This document shows, piece after piece, positions 47,345 through 60,700 of a stretch of 64,000 nucleotides of DNA (position 1 is the first letter of the stretch; each line of letters begins with the position of its first letter). Location of the stretch: positions 4,590,001 to 4,654,000 of the forward strand of contig JASTWF010000033.1 of assembly GCA_030390025.1 (NCBI GenBank), written 5' to 3'. This DNA comes from Squalus acanthias (lineage: Eukaryota). The notes under the pieces were generated by a model. It did no database searches, was not told the DNA's origin, and was given only the letters and a program-made list of their open reading frames with translations. Made by a program: the position numbers and the translations under genes.

Positions 47345-50045
47345 ACATAGCATATACAGCACAGAAATAGGCTGTTTGACCAAACAAGTCTAGGCCAGTG
47401 TTTATGCTGCACTCGAGTCTCCTCCCGTCTTTCCTCATCTTATTCTATCAGCATAACCCTCTATTCCCTTCTCCCACATATGCTTATCTAACCGCTCCTT
47501 GAATGCATCTACACTACTCGCTTCAACCAATGCCTATGGCAGCGAGTTCCACATTCCCACCACTCTCTTGGTAAATAAGTCTATTCTGAAATTCCTATTT
47601 GATTTTTTGGTGACTATTTCATATTGATGATCTCTTGTTTGCTCTCCCCCAAAAGTGGATTCACAGTCTCTGTATCTACTCTATCAAAAGCATTCATGAT
47701 TTTTAAGAGCTCTATTAGTTCACCACTCAGCCTTCTCTTTGCAAGAGAAGAGACCCAGATTCTTCATCATTTCCTGATAGGTGTTCCCTTGCATTTCTGG
47801 TATCTTCTTTTTAAATCTTCTCTGTTCCCTCTCCAGTGCCTCTATATCATTTTTTATAATGTGGCGATCAGAATTGCACATATTAATCCAAGTGTGGTCT
47901 AACCAAGTCCTCACCAAGGTTCAATGCAAGTTTAGCATAACTTCACTACTTTACAATTCTATCTTTCTGGAAATAAACACTAGTGTTTGGTTTGCTTTCT
48001 GTATGTCCTTGTTAACCTGTGCCAATACTTTTCAATGATTTGTGTATTTGTACTCCTAGATCCCTTTATTCCTCACACTATTGTTGATTCTTATTTTCCA
48101 AGTAATATGTGACCTCCCTATTTGTCTTACCAAAATGAAACACCTCACATTTCTCTGTGTTTAATTTAATTTTCTAATTATATGCCCATTCTGCAAGTTT
48201 ATTAATGTCTTCTTGTAATTTGTTGCAGTCCTCCTCAGTATTGGCCATCCACTCCAATTTGGTGCCGTCTAAAAATTTAGAAATTGTGTTTTAGATTCCA
48301 AAGTCTAATTCATTAATATAAATTATTAACAACAGTGGTCCCAGCACTGATCCTTGTCGAACACCACTACCCACCTTCTGCCACTCTCAATAGCTACCCT
48401 TTACCCCTACTCTTTGCTTTCTTGGTTGAAGCCAACTAGCTATCCATTCTGATTTCATTACTGCATTTGCATTGTCTACTCTCTCTGTTAACTCTTCAAT
48501 AAATACCATTCGTTTGGTCAATCAAGATTCTCCCTTTTGAATTCCATGCTGACTATTAATTCTTAGATTTTTCATTTCTAGATGTACTTAAATGTTATCC
48601 TTTAGCAGGAATTCCATTATTTTTCCAACCACCGATGTTAATCTGATTGGCCTATAGTTCCTTGGATATGTTCTATCTCCCATCTTAGATATAAGTTTTA
48701 CGTTAGCACTCCACTCGACCTCTGGCCATACACCATTTTCTAACGAAATATTAAGTATGTGTAGTAAGGCCTCTGCTATCTCTTCCCTAGATTCTCTTAA
48801 ATGCGTGGATCCGCCCACACCAGGGGTTTTATCCTCTTTGAGTTTGATTAGATTATTTAGTATATCTCTTCATTTTATATTAAAAGCAGTTAACTCATTA
48901 CTAATCTCGTCATCCGATGTCATCTCCACCTCTTCTATCTCCCTGGAAAATACTGAAGAAAAGGAATTATTTAATATCTCTGCCAACTCTCTTTTGCTGC
49001 CTGTGGTATTCTCGTTTCCATCACTTAGTGGCTCTATTCCCATCGCGACCTTCCTTTTTTAATGATATGCCTGTAAAATATTTCAATATTTTGTTTTATG
49101 TTCCTTGATAAATTAATTTCTTAGTTCCTGTTTGCCTTCCTAATTGTTTTTTTGACACCTCTTCTAATCCCTTCATATTCTCTCTCATCACTCTCCCCTG
49201 CTGACCATGGACTTAATGAATGCCGCTTTCCTTCTGCTCAATTTTTCCCTTATGCCTTTCTTCATCCACGGTGTCTCAATAATGTTTACCTTGTTCTTGT
49301 TTATTAGCAGAATATATTTTTCCTGGACTCTGTTGAAGACTGTTTTTAATGTTTCCCATTGCTGTTCTACATCATTGTTTGCCAATGTTGCCCATTTTAT
49401 TTTCCTCAGTGCTTGTCTCAGTCCCTCAATTTCAGCTGTTCTCCAATCTATTACCCTTGTCTTTGTCATACCTATTTCCTTCTCAATTATTATCTTAAAG
49501 CTTATTATATTATGGTCACTATTGCCTCGACGTTCCCCTACTTTTACTTCTCTTATCTGCTAAGGTTCATTCTCTTTTATTGATCCAATAGTGAATCCTC
49601 CCTTGTTGGGCTTTTTACATATTGGGTTAGAAATGAGTCTTGTACACATTGTTGCAGGTCCATTCTCTTATTCCCTTATCCTGCCTCATTTGGCCAATTA
49701 ATATCTGGGTTTTTGAAAGCCCCCATGATTATTATTCTGTGTTTTTTACTAATTTCCCTAATTTGTCTTCATATGTCTTCCTCCACCTCTCTTCCAATAT
49801 TAGGTGGTATATTGACGACCCCTGTTAGTGTGATTGATCCTTTAAAATATTTCATCTATATCCACTTTATATATATTTCTTTCTTGCTGATACCTGCGTC
49901 ACTTTTATCTACTGCCATTATGTTACCCCTAATAATTACAGCTACTCCACTTCCCCTTTTTCCCTTTTTGTATCTTTTCTAAATATGTCATAACCAGCAA
50001 TGTTTAATTTCCAGTCCTTATTTTTCGGTAGCCATGTCTCAGTGA
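47345..50045 (-). mobile_element. Degraded CR1 ORF2 (endonuclease to 3' end) with an internal deletion near 48450
   Basis: TETW, IMGAF, SDHN-like, NYRPIRLTSVVGKIME, 3' terminus catatacagcacagaaataggc. Confidence 0.85.
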
Positions 50046-50046
50046 A

Positions 50047-51920
50047 ATCAAAGAGAGGAGATGAAAAAAGTATTATCTAATTAAATCAAGGAAAACACAA
50101 ATATATTTCATAAACAGATAAAGAGCAATGGGATAACAAAGGAAAGAGTAGAGTCTATTAGAAACCAAAAAGGTAACCTGTGTGTAGAGGTGAAAGACAT
50201 GAGTATGGCTGTTAAGGAATACTTTGTTACTGTCATCACAGAAAAGAGTAGTAATGCAGATACTGTAGTTAAAGAGGAAGTGTGTGAACTATTACATGAG
50301 CTTAGCATAAAGAGAGAGGAAGTATTAAGACCTTTTGCATGTTTGAAAGCAGATAAATTGTCAGGCCCGGATGAAATGTATCCGAGGCTGTTAAGAGAGG
50401 CAAGAGAAATGTGCGGGTTAGGTTGATTTGGCTATGATAAATTGACCCTTAGTGTTAGGGGGGGATTAAATATGTGGGGTTATGGGTATAGGATGGGATA
50501 TGTTAGGGGGAATTAAATATGTGGGGTTACGGGGGTAGGGTGGGATATGTGTACTGTGGGGATTAAAGCAGGGACAGGGTACTGGATTTGGATGATCAGC
50601 CATGATCGTATTGAATGGTGGAGCAGGCTCGACGGGCCGAATGGCCTACTCCTGCTCCTAGATTCTATGTTTCTATGTTTCTATGAGAAGATTGTTTCTG
50701 AGAGACTTGATTGAATGTTTTGAGGAGGTAACGAGGAGGGTCGATGAGGGTAGTGCATTTGATGTAGTCCACACAGATATTAGCTAGGCGTTTGACAAGG
50801 TTTCAATTGACAGGTTGGTCAAAAAAGTAAAAGCCCATGAGATCCAATGGAAAGTTGGATCCATAGTTGGCTCAGTGACAGGAAGCAAAGTGTAATGAAC
50901 AATGGGTGTTTTTTGTGAATGGAAGACTGCTTCCAATGGGATTATGCAGGTCTTAGTACCAGGTGCCTTGCTTTTTGTGGTATATATCAATGATTTAGAC
51001 CTCAATATAGGGGGCATGATTAAAAAGTTTGCAGATGCTACAAAAATTGTCCCTGCGTTTGGCAGTGAGGAAGAAAGCTGTAGACTGCAGGAAGATATCA
51101 ATGGACTGATTAGGTGGGCAGAAAAGTGGCAGAAGGAATTCAATCCGAGGAAGTGGGGAGGGCTAACAAAGCAAGGGAATACACAACAAATGGTAGCATA
51201 CTGAGAATTGTAGAGGAACAGAGGGACCTTGAAGTGCATGCCCACCGATCCCTGAAGGTAGCGGGACAGGTAAATAAGGTGGTTAAGAAGGTATACTGGA
51301 TAATCTCCTTTTTTTAGCCGAGGCATAGAATGTAACAGCAGAGAGATAATGCCAGAACTGTAAAAAGCACTAGTTAGGCCACAGCTAGAATACTGCGTAC
51401 ATTTCTGGTTACTTTACAGGAAGATGTGATTGCACTAGAGAGGGTACAAAGGAGATTTACGAGGATGTTGCCAGGACTGGGGAATTTTAGCTATGAGGAA
51501 ATATTGCACAGGCTGGGGCTGCTTTCTTTGGAGCAGAGGAGGCTGAGGGAAGATTTAATTAAGATGCATAAAATAATAAGAGGCTTGGATGCAGTAGATG
51601 GTAAGCACCTATTTCCATCAGCGGAGTGATGAATGACGAGGGCATAGATTTAACGTTATTGGTAGAAGGATTCGAGGGGAGTTGTGAATTCATTTTACCA
51701 AGTGGGTAGTGGGGGTCTGGAACTCACTGCCTGAAAGGGTGGTAGAGGCAGAAACCCTCATCACATTATAAGGTAGATTTGCCACAACTTTCAAGGCTAC
51801 GGACCAAGAGCTGGAAAGTGGGATTAGGCTGAATAGCTCTTTTGCGACCAGTGCAGCCACGCTGGGCCGAATGGCCTCCTTCTGTGCCGTACATTTCTAT
51901 GATTCTATAATTCTATGTTT
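50047..51920 (+). mobile_element. Degraded CR1 interrupted by a V-SINE fragment
   Basis: ADKLSGPDEMYPRLLREARE; KKFADATK; ALERVQRRFTRMLPG; ttctatga tail. Confidence 0.85.
50410..50685 (+). mobile_element. 5'-truncated HE1/V-SINE-like element with CR1-derived tail
   Basis: gtgcgggttaggttgatttggctatgataaattgacccttagtgt..atgtggggttacggg; CR1 3' stem-loop and (TTCTATGT)n. Confidence 0.7.
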
Positions 51921-51944
51921 CTTGACATTCGCTGCTCTAAAAAT

Positions 51945-52690
51945 AACGATCCCAGCTTCTCCAGTCTCTCCACGTAACTGAAGTCCCAGATCCCAGGTAC
52001 CATTCTGGTAAAATCCCATCACATCCTCTAATCCTTGACATGCTTACCAAACTGTGGTGCCCAGAATAGGACAAAATTCTCCAGCTGTGGCCTAACCAGT
52101 GATTTAGAAAAGGTTAGCATTTCTTCCTGGTATTTGTTACTCTGTGTCTCTGTTTGTAAAGCCAAGGACTCCGTATGTTTTATTAGCAGCTGTCGCAACT
52201 TGCCCTGCCACCTTCAAAAAGTTGTATAATAGTCCCCAGGTCTGTCTGATCGTGCGCCCATTTTAAAATTGTGCCGTTGAGTTTATGTTGCCTCTTCTCA
52301 TACTTCCTACCAAAATGTATCACTTCACACACCTCTATGTGTTAAATTGTTTCTGCCATGTAACTGCCCATTTCACCAGTCTATCTGTGTGCTCCTGAAG
52401 TCTGTTACTACCTTCTCACTGTTAATTAACATTTCCGAGTTTTCTATGATCTGCAAGCTTTGAAATTATATGCTGTATACCCAATTCCATGGCATTGATA
52501 TACATGAAAAGAGCAATGGTCCCAATACCGACCCTGGGGAGCACTAATTTATACTTCCCTCCAGTCTGAAAAACAATCGGTTACCACTACTCTCTGTCTC
52601 TTAGGCAATTTCCGAGCTATGTTGCCACTGCCCCTTTAATCCCACGGGCTTCAATTTTGTTATTATGTGGTACTTTATCAAAAACCTTTC
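51945..52690 (-). mobile_element. Old CR1 RT fragment
   Basis: ggtcccaataccgacccctgggg (PQGSVLGP on -), tctgcaagcttt (KxAD). Confidence 0.78.
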
Positions 52691-52869
52691 GAAAGGATAG
52701 GGAAATTGGGAAAGTGTGAGTAGTATCAATCATAAAACCATAGAATTGATGAGCCAAGTTGCTTTGACAATTTGTTTAGCGGTGCATGACGTCCGCATGG
52801 ATCATATGTCTCGCCTGGTTTCAATCAATGAATTACAAAATTATTGACTTTATTCCCATTTTATTATTT

Positions 52870-53065
52870 ATATTTATTTGTTCTCAGGATATGGGTGGCG
52901 CTGTCAAGGCCGGTGTTACTTGTCCATCCCTTGTTACCCATGATAAAATGGTGGGCCTTCATCTTGAACCGCTGCAGTCCGTGTGGTGAAGGTGCTCCAC
53001 AATACAATTACGGAAGGAATTTCAGACTTTTGACCCAGTGACGATGAAGGAACGGCGATATATTT
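52870..53065 (-). mobile_element. 3' end of the same LINE family as 43055-44042
   Basis: Shared ttttgaccca..gacgatgaaggaacggcgatata and ccgctgcagtcc. Confidence 0.75.
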
Positions 53066-53067
53066 GA

Positions 53068-53255
53068 AGGGTGCGGTAGCATAATATTTATGTTGCTGGA
53101 CTAGTAAACCAGATGCCTGGACGATTGATCCTGAGTTCCAATCCCAACAGCTGGGGAAATTAACTCAATTTATGAAACAAATGTGGAATAAAAAGCTTTT
53201 GTAAGTAATGGTGACCATGGAACTACCGGATTGTAGTAAAAACCCATCTGGTCTT
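53068..53255 (+). mobile_element. 5' part of a tRNA-derived SINE (same family as 56600-57045)
   Basis: ggactagtaaaccaga..gagttccaatccc..ggtgaccatggaactaccggattg; matches reverse complement of 56850-57040. Confidence 0.72.
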
Positions 53256-53259
53256 CTTT

Positions 53260-56105
53260 AACAACAACAACAACAACAACAAGAACAACTTGTTATATAG
53301 CGCCTTTAACGTAGTAAAACTTCACAAGGCACTGCACAGGATAATTATGAGTCAAACAAAATTTCACGGAGCCAGGTAAAGAGAAATTAGGGCAGGTGAC
53401 CAAAAGCTTGGTGAAAGAGGTAGATTTCAATGTGCATCTTTAAGGAGGAAAGAGAGGTAGCGAGCCGAAAGTTTTAGGGAGTAAATTCCAGAGGTTAAGG
53501 CCGAGGCGACAGAAGGCACAGCCACAAATCATTGAGCGATTATCATCAGGAGTGCTCAAGAGGCCAGAATTAGAGAAGCGCAGATATCTCGATGGGCGGG
53601 GGGACGGGGTTGTGGATGAAAAAGATTACAGAGATAGGGAGAGGCGAGCCATGGAGGGATTTTAAAAAAAGGATCAGAAATTTTAAATCGAGGCGATGCT
53701 TAACCAGGAGCAAATCTAGTAAACCGAGAGCATGGGTGATGGGCGAACGGAACTTGCTTGATTTAGGATATGTGCAGCCCTGTTTAGTATGACCTCAAGT
53801 TTCCGTAGGGTAGAATATGGGATGCCAGCCAGGAGTGCATTATCATATTCAAGTCGAGAGGTAACAGAGGCATGGATGAGGTTTTCACCAGCGGATGTGC
53901 TCAGGCAGGTGTGCAGACGGTCGACGTTACGGAGGTCGAAATAGGCACTATTAGTTATGCTGCAGATATTTGTTCGTAAGCTCATTTCAAGGTGAAATAC
54001 GACACCAAGGTTGCGAACAGTGTGGTTCAGCCTCACAAAAATGTTAGGGAGAGGGATGGAGTTAGTGGCTAGGGAACAGAGTTAGTGGCAGGGGCCAAAA
54101 ACAATGGCATCGGTCCAACCAATAATTAATTCGAGAACATTTCAGCTCATCCAGAACAGTACGTATGACAAACAGCCGAGAGAAGAGGTAGTGAGGTAGA
54201 GCTGGGTGTCGTCAGCCTACATGTGGAAACTAACGCTGTTTTCGGATGATGTCGCCAAGGGGTAACATGTATGAGAAATAGGAGGGGGCCAAGGATAGTT
54301 CATTGGGGGACATCAGTGGTAACGATGCGGGTGCGTGAAGAGAAAACCATTGCATGTGATTCTCTGGCTACGATTAGATAGATAAGAATGGAACCAGGCG
54401 AGTGCAGTCCCACCCAGCTGGACGACGGTGGATAGGCGTTGGAGAAGGATGAAGTGGTCAACCTTGTCAAAGGCTGCAGACAAGTCAAGAAGGACGAGGA
54501 TGGAGAGTTTACCTTTGTCACAGTCACAAAGGATGTCATTTGTGACATTGATGAGAGCCGTTTCGGCCCTGAGGCAAGGGCGGAAGCCTGATTGCAGGGG
54601 TTTCAAACAAGGAATTGAAGGAAATATGCCACGGATTTGGACACATTCAATTACTTTGGAGAGGAAAGGGAGGTTGGAGATGTGGTGGTAATTTGCAAGA
54701 CCGGTTAGGTCAAGGGTTCTTTATTGAGGAGAGTTTGCTGATGGCAGTTTTGAATGAGAGAGGGAGCTGTGACTAGAAGTTTACCGCAAGGATCGGTTCT
54801 TGGGCCCAAGCTATTCACAATCTATATGAATCATTAGGATGAGGGATATAATTGTAACATTTCCCAATTTTCTGATGATACAAAGCTAGGTGGCAGTGCC
54901 AGTTGTGAAGAGGTTATGAAGAGGCTTCAATGGGATCTCGACAAGCTCAGCGAGTGGGCGAGGATATGGCAGATGGAAAATAGCGTGGATAAGTGTGAAG
55001 TTACCCACTTTTGTAGAAAAAACAGAAATGCAGAGTATTTCCAAAATGGTGAAAGATTGGGGAATGCAAATGCTCAAAGGGACCTTGGTGTCCTTGTACA
55101 TGAGTCATTGAAAGTGAATGTGCAGGTGCAGTAAGCCATTCGGAAGACAAATGTTATGCTGACCTTCATTACAAGAGCATTTGAGTACAAGAGTAAATAA
55201 GTCTTACTCCAATTATATTGGGCCTTGTTGAGACCACACCTGGAGTACTGTGTACAATTTTGGTCTCCTTACCTAAGGAAGGATATACTTGTCATAGAGG
55301 GTGTGCAACGAAGGTTCACGAGATTGATTCCTGGGATGGCAGGACTGTTGTATTAGAAGAGATTGAGTAAACTAGGCCTGTATTCACTTGAATTCTGAAA
55401 ATTTGAGAGGGGATCTCATTGAAGCATACAAAATTATTACAGGGCTTGATCTGCTGGATGCTTGGAGAATGTTTCCCTTTGCTGGGGATTCCAGAAACAG
55501 GGGCCACAGCCTCAGGATAAAGGGTAGGCCATTCAGGACTGAGATGAGAAGAAATTTCTTCCCACAGAGGTTGATGAATATTTGGAATTCTCTACCCCAG
55601 AGGGCTGTGGAGCTCAGTCATTGGGTATATTCAAAACAGAAGTTGCTAGATTTGTGACAACTAAAGGCATCAAGGGATATGGCGATAGGGCCGGTGAATG
55701 GAGTTGAGGCAGAAGAACAGCCATGATCTTATTGAATGGCGTAGCAGGATCGAACTGCCGTATGGCCTACTCCTGCTCCTATTTCTTATGTTCTTATATT
55801 CTTAGTTCAGGGCTAGTGCAGGGGGGAACCTTAGAGGAAGTTTGGCCCGGTGGGCTAGAGGAAGAAAGGGAAGTGGCAGAGGCAGCTGAACGGATGGTCT
55901 CAATCTTAGAGACAAATATGTCCATGAGCTCCTTACACTTGTTATCGGAGGTGAGGGTGTGCGACACAGGGGAGAGGGGTTTAAGAAGACGGTTAGCAGT
56001 CGAAAATAGGAGCCGGAATTTATCTTTCATTCCAAAAATGATTCTGGAATACTGAACAATTTTGGCAGATGAGAGCAGGACCCGAAAATGAATTATGAGG
56101 TCCTG
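53260..56105 (-). mobile_element. Degraded L2 LINE with (AAC)n tail, interrupted by a CR1
   Basis: LQSGFRP..AETAL..VLLDLSAAFDKVDH; VRNLGVVF..SRLEYDNALLAG; upstream part LLFSTANRLLKP..FVSKIETIR at 55800-56105. Confidence 0.88.
54765..55797 (+). mobile_element. 5'-truncated degraded CR1 nested in the L2
   Basis: PQGSVLGP, DDTKLGG, RPHLEYC, FRTEMRRNFF; ttcttatg tail. Confidence 0.9.
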
Positions 56106-56254
56106 CCTGAACGTTCACACCAGTTAAAGACACACCAGTCACACAGGCATCTTTAATAGACAGACCCAGTCACACAGGCGTGTTAAGGAGAAACAACGGT
56201 GAAAGCTCAAGGGTCTAGAATTCCCTCTCGAGCGAGTTAGATATAATACTCACA

Positions 56255-56402
56255 ACTAGGGGGATCAAGGGGTATGGCGAGAAAGCAGGAATGGGGTACT
56301 GAGGTAGCATGTTCAGCCATGAACGCATTGAATGGCGGTGCGGGCTCGAAGGACCGAATGGTCTACTCCTGTACCGATTTTCTATGTTTCTATGTTTCTA
56401 TG
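56255..56402 (+). mobile_element. CR1 3' terminal fragment
   Basis: gggatcaaggggtatggc..(ttctatgt)3. Confidence 0.85.
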
Positions 56403-56599
56403 AAGGCACGAAACAGAAGGTTTCGGACTGGAATTTCTAGGCCCCCATATCTGTCCTTACAGATTCTTAGATAATTAATGTTCGAAACACAGCTTGTAAT
56501 CTTGTCCTGAATATGATGCCTCAGAACGTGCTTATTTTTGCAGACTCTGAGTTTTAATATGTTTAATTATCCTTATTTTGAGAAAGTTTCGGTGTTTTT

Positions 56600-57045
56600 T
56601 ATTTATTGAATCATTCACGAAATGTGGGCATCGCTGGCAAGGCAAGCCAATCCCTAATTGTCCGTGAGAAGGTGGTGAGCCGCCTTCTTGAAGCGCTGCA
56701 GTCCTTGAGTTTAAGATACTCCCACAGTGTCTGACTTTGGTATAACTGTGTGGCTCTCTTGGCCTTTTCGGAGGGCAGTTAATTGTCAACCACATATGGG
56801 CAGCCCAGGTAAGGATGGCAGATCTCCTTCCTTAAAGGACCTTAGTGAACCAGTTTGTTTTTTCCAACAATCCGGTAGTTTCATGGTCTCCATTACAGAT
56901 ACCAGCTTTTTAATTCCAAATTTATTTAATTAACTGAATTTAAATTCCCCAGCTGCCGTGGTGGGATTTGAACTCACGTCTCACGGATTATTAGTACAGG
57001 CCTCTGGAACACTAGTCCATTAAAATAACCACGATGCTAATACAT
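56600..57045 (-). mobile_element. tRNA-derived SINE whose 3' end matches the LINE family at 43055
   Basis: B-box gagttcaaatccc on -; 56620-56730 resembles 43060-43180. Confidence 0.75.
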
Positions 57046-57061
57046 TCGGTGTCCACAGATA

Positions 57062-57330
57062 GTAATCCATAACACTCTTGACTTGTGCCTTTTAGGTTTT
57101 GGAAATGCTTTGGGGAGTCAGGAGGTGAGTTACACACCGCAGAAAACCAGACTCTGACCTTCTGTTATAATTATTTATGTGGCTGGTCCAGTTGATTTTC
57201 TGATTAATGGCGACCCCTAGGATATTGATGCTGGAGGATTCGGTGATGGAAATGCAATTTACTGTCAACTGGAGCAATTTAGATATCTCTTGCTTAAGGT
57301 GGTCATCGCCTGTTGCTTGTGTGGAGACAA
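57062..57330 (-). mobile_element. Fragment of the 43055-type LINE
   Basis: SINILGVAINQKINWTSHIN; matches ~43545-43800. Confidence 0.8.
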
Positions 57331-57465
57331 TTTACCACAATGGCACCAGGGATGAGGGACTTCAATTAAGTGGAGAGACTAGAGAAGCAGGGCTTCTTTG
57401 CCTTAGAGCAGAGAAGGTTAGGGGGGGATTGAATAGATGTGTTCAACATGTTGCGTGTTCTGATA

Positions 57466-57725
57466 ACCCGGGAGAGTTCAAAAGCAGCGGGAGCAGGGCG
57501 AGATCGATAAAACCCGGGAGAGTTTCAAAAGCAGCGGAGCAGAGCGAGAGCGCCAAATTCCGGGAGAGTTCAAAAGCAGCGGAGCAGAGCGAGAGCGCCA
57601 AATCCCGGGAGACTTCAAAACCAGCGGGTGCAGAGCGAGAGCGCCAAAACCCAGGAGAGTTCAAAAGCAGCCGGAGCAGAGCCAGAGCGCCAGAACCCAG
57701 GAGAGTTCAAGAGCAGCGGGAGACG
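57466..57725 (+). repeat. ~45-bp tandem repeat in the CR1 5' UTR, ~6 copies
   Basis: cgggagagttcaaaagcagcggagcagagcgagagcgccaaatcc at 57561, 57606, etc. Confidence 0.88.
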
Positions 57726-60700
57726 CTGAGACACAAAGTGAGTGTGAAGAAGTAAAAACTTATCGAAGTGTGACGTCACCAGAAAGCAGGCAAGTGATTG
57801 GTTGGTGAGTATTTCTCTATTTCACGCCTTTTTTCCAAACTGAGCGTCTAAATTTAAGTGCCTTGGTGTAGATTAAAAAGATATAAGTTTTCCAAATTTA
57901 AAACTAATCGTTTAATTGAGATTGGAGACCAGGCAATGTGTTGGTGTGGGAGCTGGAGGACAGCATTGAGGTCCAAGACGACCACATCTGCAGCAAATGT
58001 TGGCTGCTGGAAGAACTTTGGCTCAGAGATGATGAGCTGGAGTCCGAGCTTCATAATTGCGAAATATTAGGGAGGGGGAGTGTTACCTGGACACTAAGCT
58101 CCAGGAGGCAGTCACAGCCACTAAAATAATTCCTTCCAATTTGGTCCATGGTCTGGACAGGAGGGTGTGACTACAAGCGAAGCAGGTATTGGGATCCAGG
58201 TGGAGGAGCCTCAGCCCTTGGCCTTGTCCAACAGGTACGAGATTCTTGCTCCCTGTGTGGACGAGGCCAGGGACTGCAGGGAAGGTGAGCAAACTGACCA
58301 CAGCACCATGGTAAAGGGAACCATTCAAGTGGGGGGAGCAAAAATATATGTTGTAGTGATTGGGGAGAGTATAGTGAGGGGGATAGATACTGTTCTCTGC
58401 AGCCGAGAGCCTGAGTCCCGAAGGCTGTGTTGCCTGCCCTGTGCCAGGGTTAAGGACATCTCCTCTGGGCTGGAGAGAAATTGGAGTGAGAGGGGGAAGA
58501 TCCAGTTGTAATTCTCCATGTTGGTGCCAATGACATATGTAGGACAAAGAAAGAGGTTCTGCTGACTGAGTATGAGCAGCTAGGGGCTAAATTAAAAAGA
58601 AGAACCACAAAGGTAATAATCGCTGGATGACTACCTGAGCCACGAGCGAATTTGCATCGGATAAATAAGTTCAGAGAAATGAACGAGTGGCTCAAAGATT
58701 GGTGTGGGATAAATGGGTTTAGATTTGTGGGGCACTGGCACCAGCACTGGGATAAGGGGGAGCTGTTCCGTTTGGACGGGCTTCACTTGAACCATGCTGG
58801 GGCTCGAGTCCTGGCAAATCGAATAACTAGGGCTGTAGAGAGGGCTTCAAACGAAATAGTGGGGTGGGTGGAGGATCCAGGTGAGCGGGAAAATGAAAAG
58901 TCAATGAGAAATGAGAAAGCAATAGAGCAGGTTACAGATGGGGGAAACAATAACCAGTGTGTGACAGGAAGGGACAGAATGTTGAAAAATGAGAGTGTAA
59001 CAGAAAAAAAGGCCAAAACAAGGAAAAATGTGCAAAAGACAAAGCTAGAAGCTCTATATCTGAATGCACGCAGCATTCGTAACAAGATAGATGAGTTGAC
59101 GGCTCAAATAGATACAAATGGTTATGATCTGATCGCCATTACAGAGACGTGGTTGCAAGGCGACATGGCCTGTAACTGAATATTCTAGGGTATATGATAA
59201 TTCGGAAGGGCAGAAAGAAAGGAAAGGGAGGTGTGGTGGCTTTGTTGGTAAAAGATGGGATCAGTGCAGTGGTGAGAAGTGATATTGGCTCAGAAGATAA
59301 AGATGTAGAATCGGTTTGGGTGGTAATAAAAAATAATAAGGGGAAAAAGTCTCTGGTGAGCTTATTATACAGGTCCACGAACAGTAGCAATGCTGTTGGA
59401 CAGAGTATAAATCAACAAACAATGGAAGCCTGAAAAAAATGTTCTCTAATTATCATGGGTGATTTTAATCTCCACATTGATTGTACAAATCAAATTGGCC
59501 ATGGTAGCATGGAGGAGGAGTTCATAGAGTGCATCCAGGTTGGTTTCTTAGAACAGTATGTAATGGAACCAACCTGATAGCAGGCTATCTTGGATCTCGT
59601 ATTATGTAATGAGACAGAATTAATAAATAATCTCATAGTAAAGGATCCTCTCGGAAAGAGTGCTCATAACATGGTTGAATTGCAATTCAGTTGGAGGGTG
59701 AGAAAGTTGTATCCCAAACCAGTTACCTGATCTTAAACAATGGCAAATATAATGGCATGAAGGCAGAACTGGCTGAAGTGGACCTGGAAAAACAAATTAA
59801 AGGGCAAGGAATTTGAAATGCAGTGGCGGACATTTAAGGAGATATTTCATAACTCTCAACAAAAATATATTCCAGTGAGAAAGAAAGATTTTAAGAGAAA
59901 GGTGCACAATCCATGGCTAACTTAGGAAGTAAAGGGTGGTATCAAATTCAAAACGAAGGCATACAATGTTGCCAACATTAGTGGGAGAGCAGAGGATTGG
60001 GAACTATTTAAAAACCAGCAAAGGATGACTAAAAAAATAATAAAGATAGAGAAGATTAATTATGAGAGTAAGCTGGCAAAAAACATTAAAACAGGTAGTA
60101 AGAGCTTCTACAGGTATATAAAAAGGAAAGGGTAGCTAAAGTAAACGTTGGTCCCTTAGAGGATGAGATTGGGGAATTAATAATGGGGAACGGGGAAATG
60201 GCCGAGACTCTGAACAAATATTTTGCATCTGTCTTCACTGCAGAAGACACGAACAACATCCCAATAATGGATAATCAACGGCCACAGGGAGTGGAGAACT
60301 GAAGACAATCACTATCACTAAGGAAATGGTACTCGGTAAAATAAGGGGACTAAAAGACAGGTCCCCTGGATCAGATGGCCTGCATCCCAGTGTCTTAAAA
60401 GAAGTGGCTGCATAGATAATGGATGCATTGGTTGCAATACGCCAAAATTCCTAGACTCTGGAGAGGTCCATGGATTGGAAAACCGCTAATGTATCACCCC
60501 TATTGTAAGAAAGGAGGCAGACAGAAAGCAGGCAACTATAGACCAGTTCGCCTAACATCTGCTGTTGGAAAATGCTGGAGTCCTTCATTAAGGAAGCTTT
60601 TCCAGGGCATTAGAAGAACATGCTGTAGTCAAACAGTGTCCCGCATGGTTTTAGGAAAGGTAATTCATGTTTAACAAATTTGCTGGATTTCTTTGAGGAT

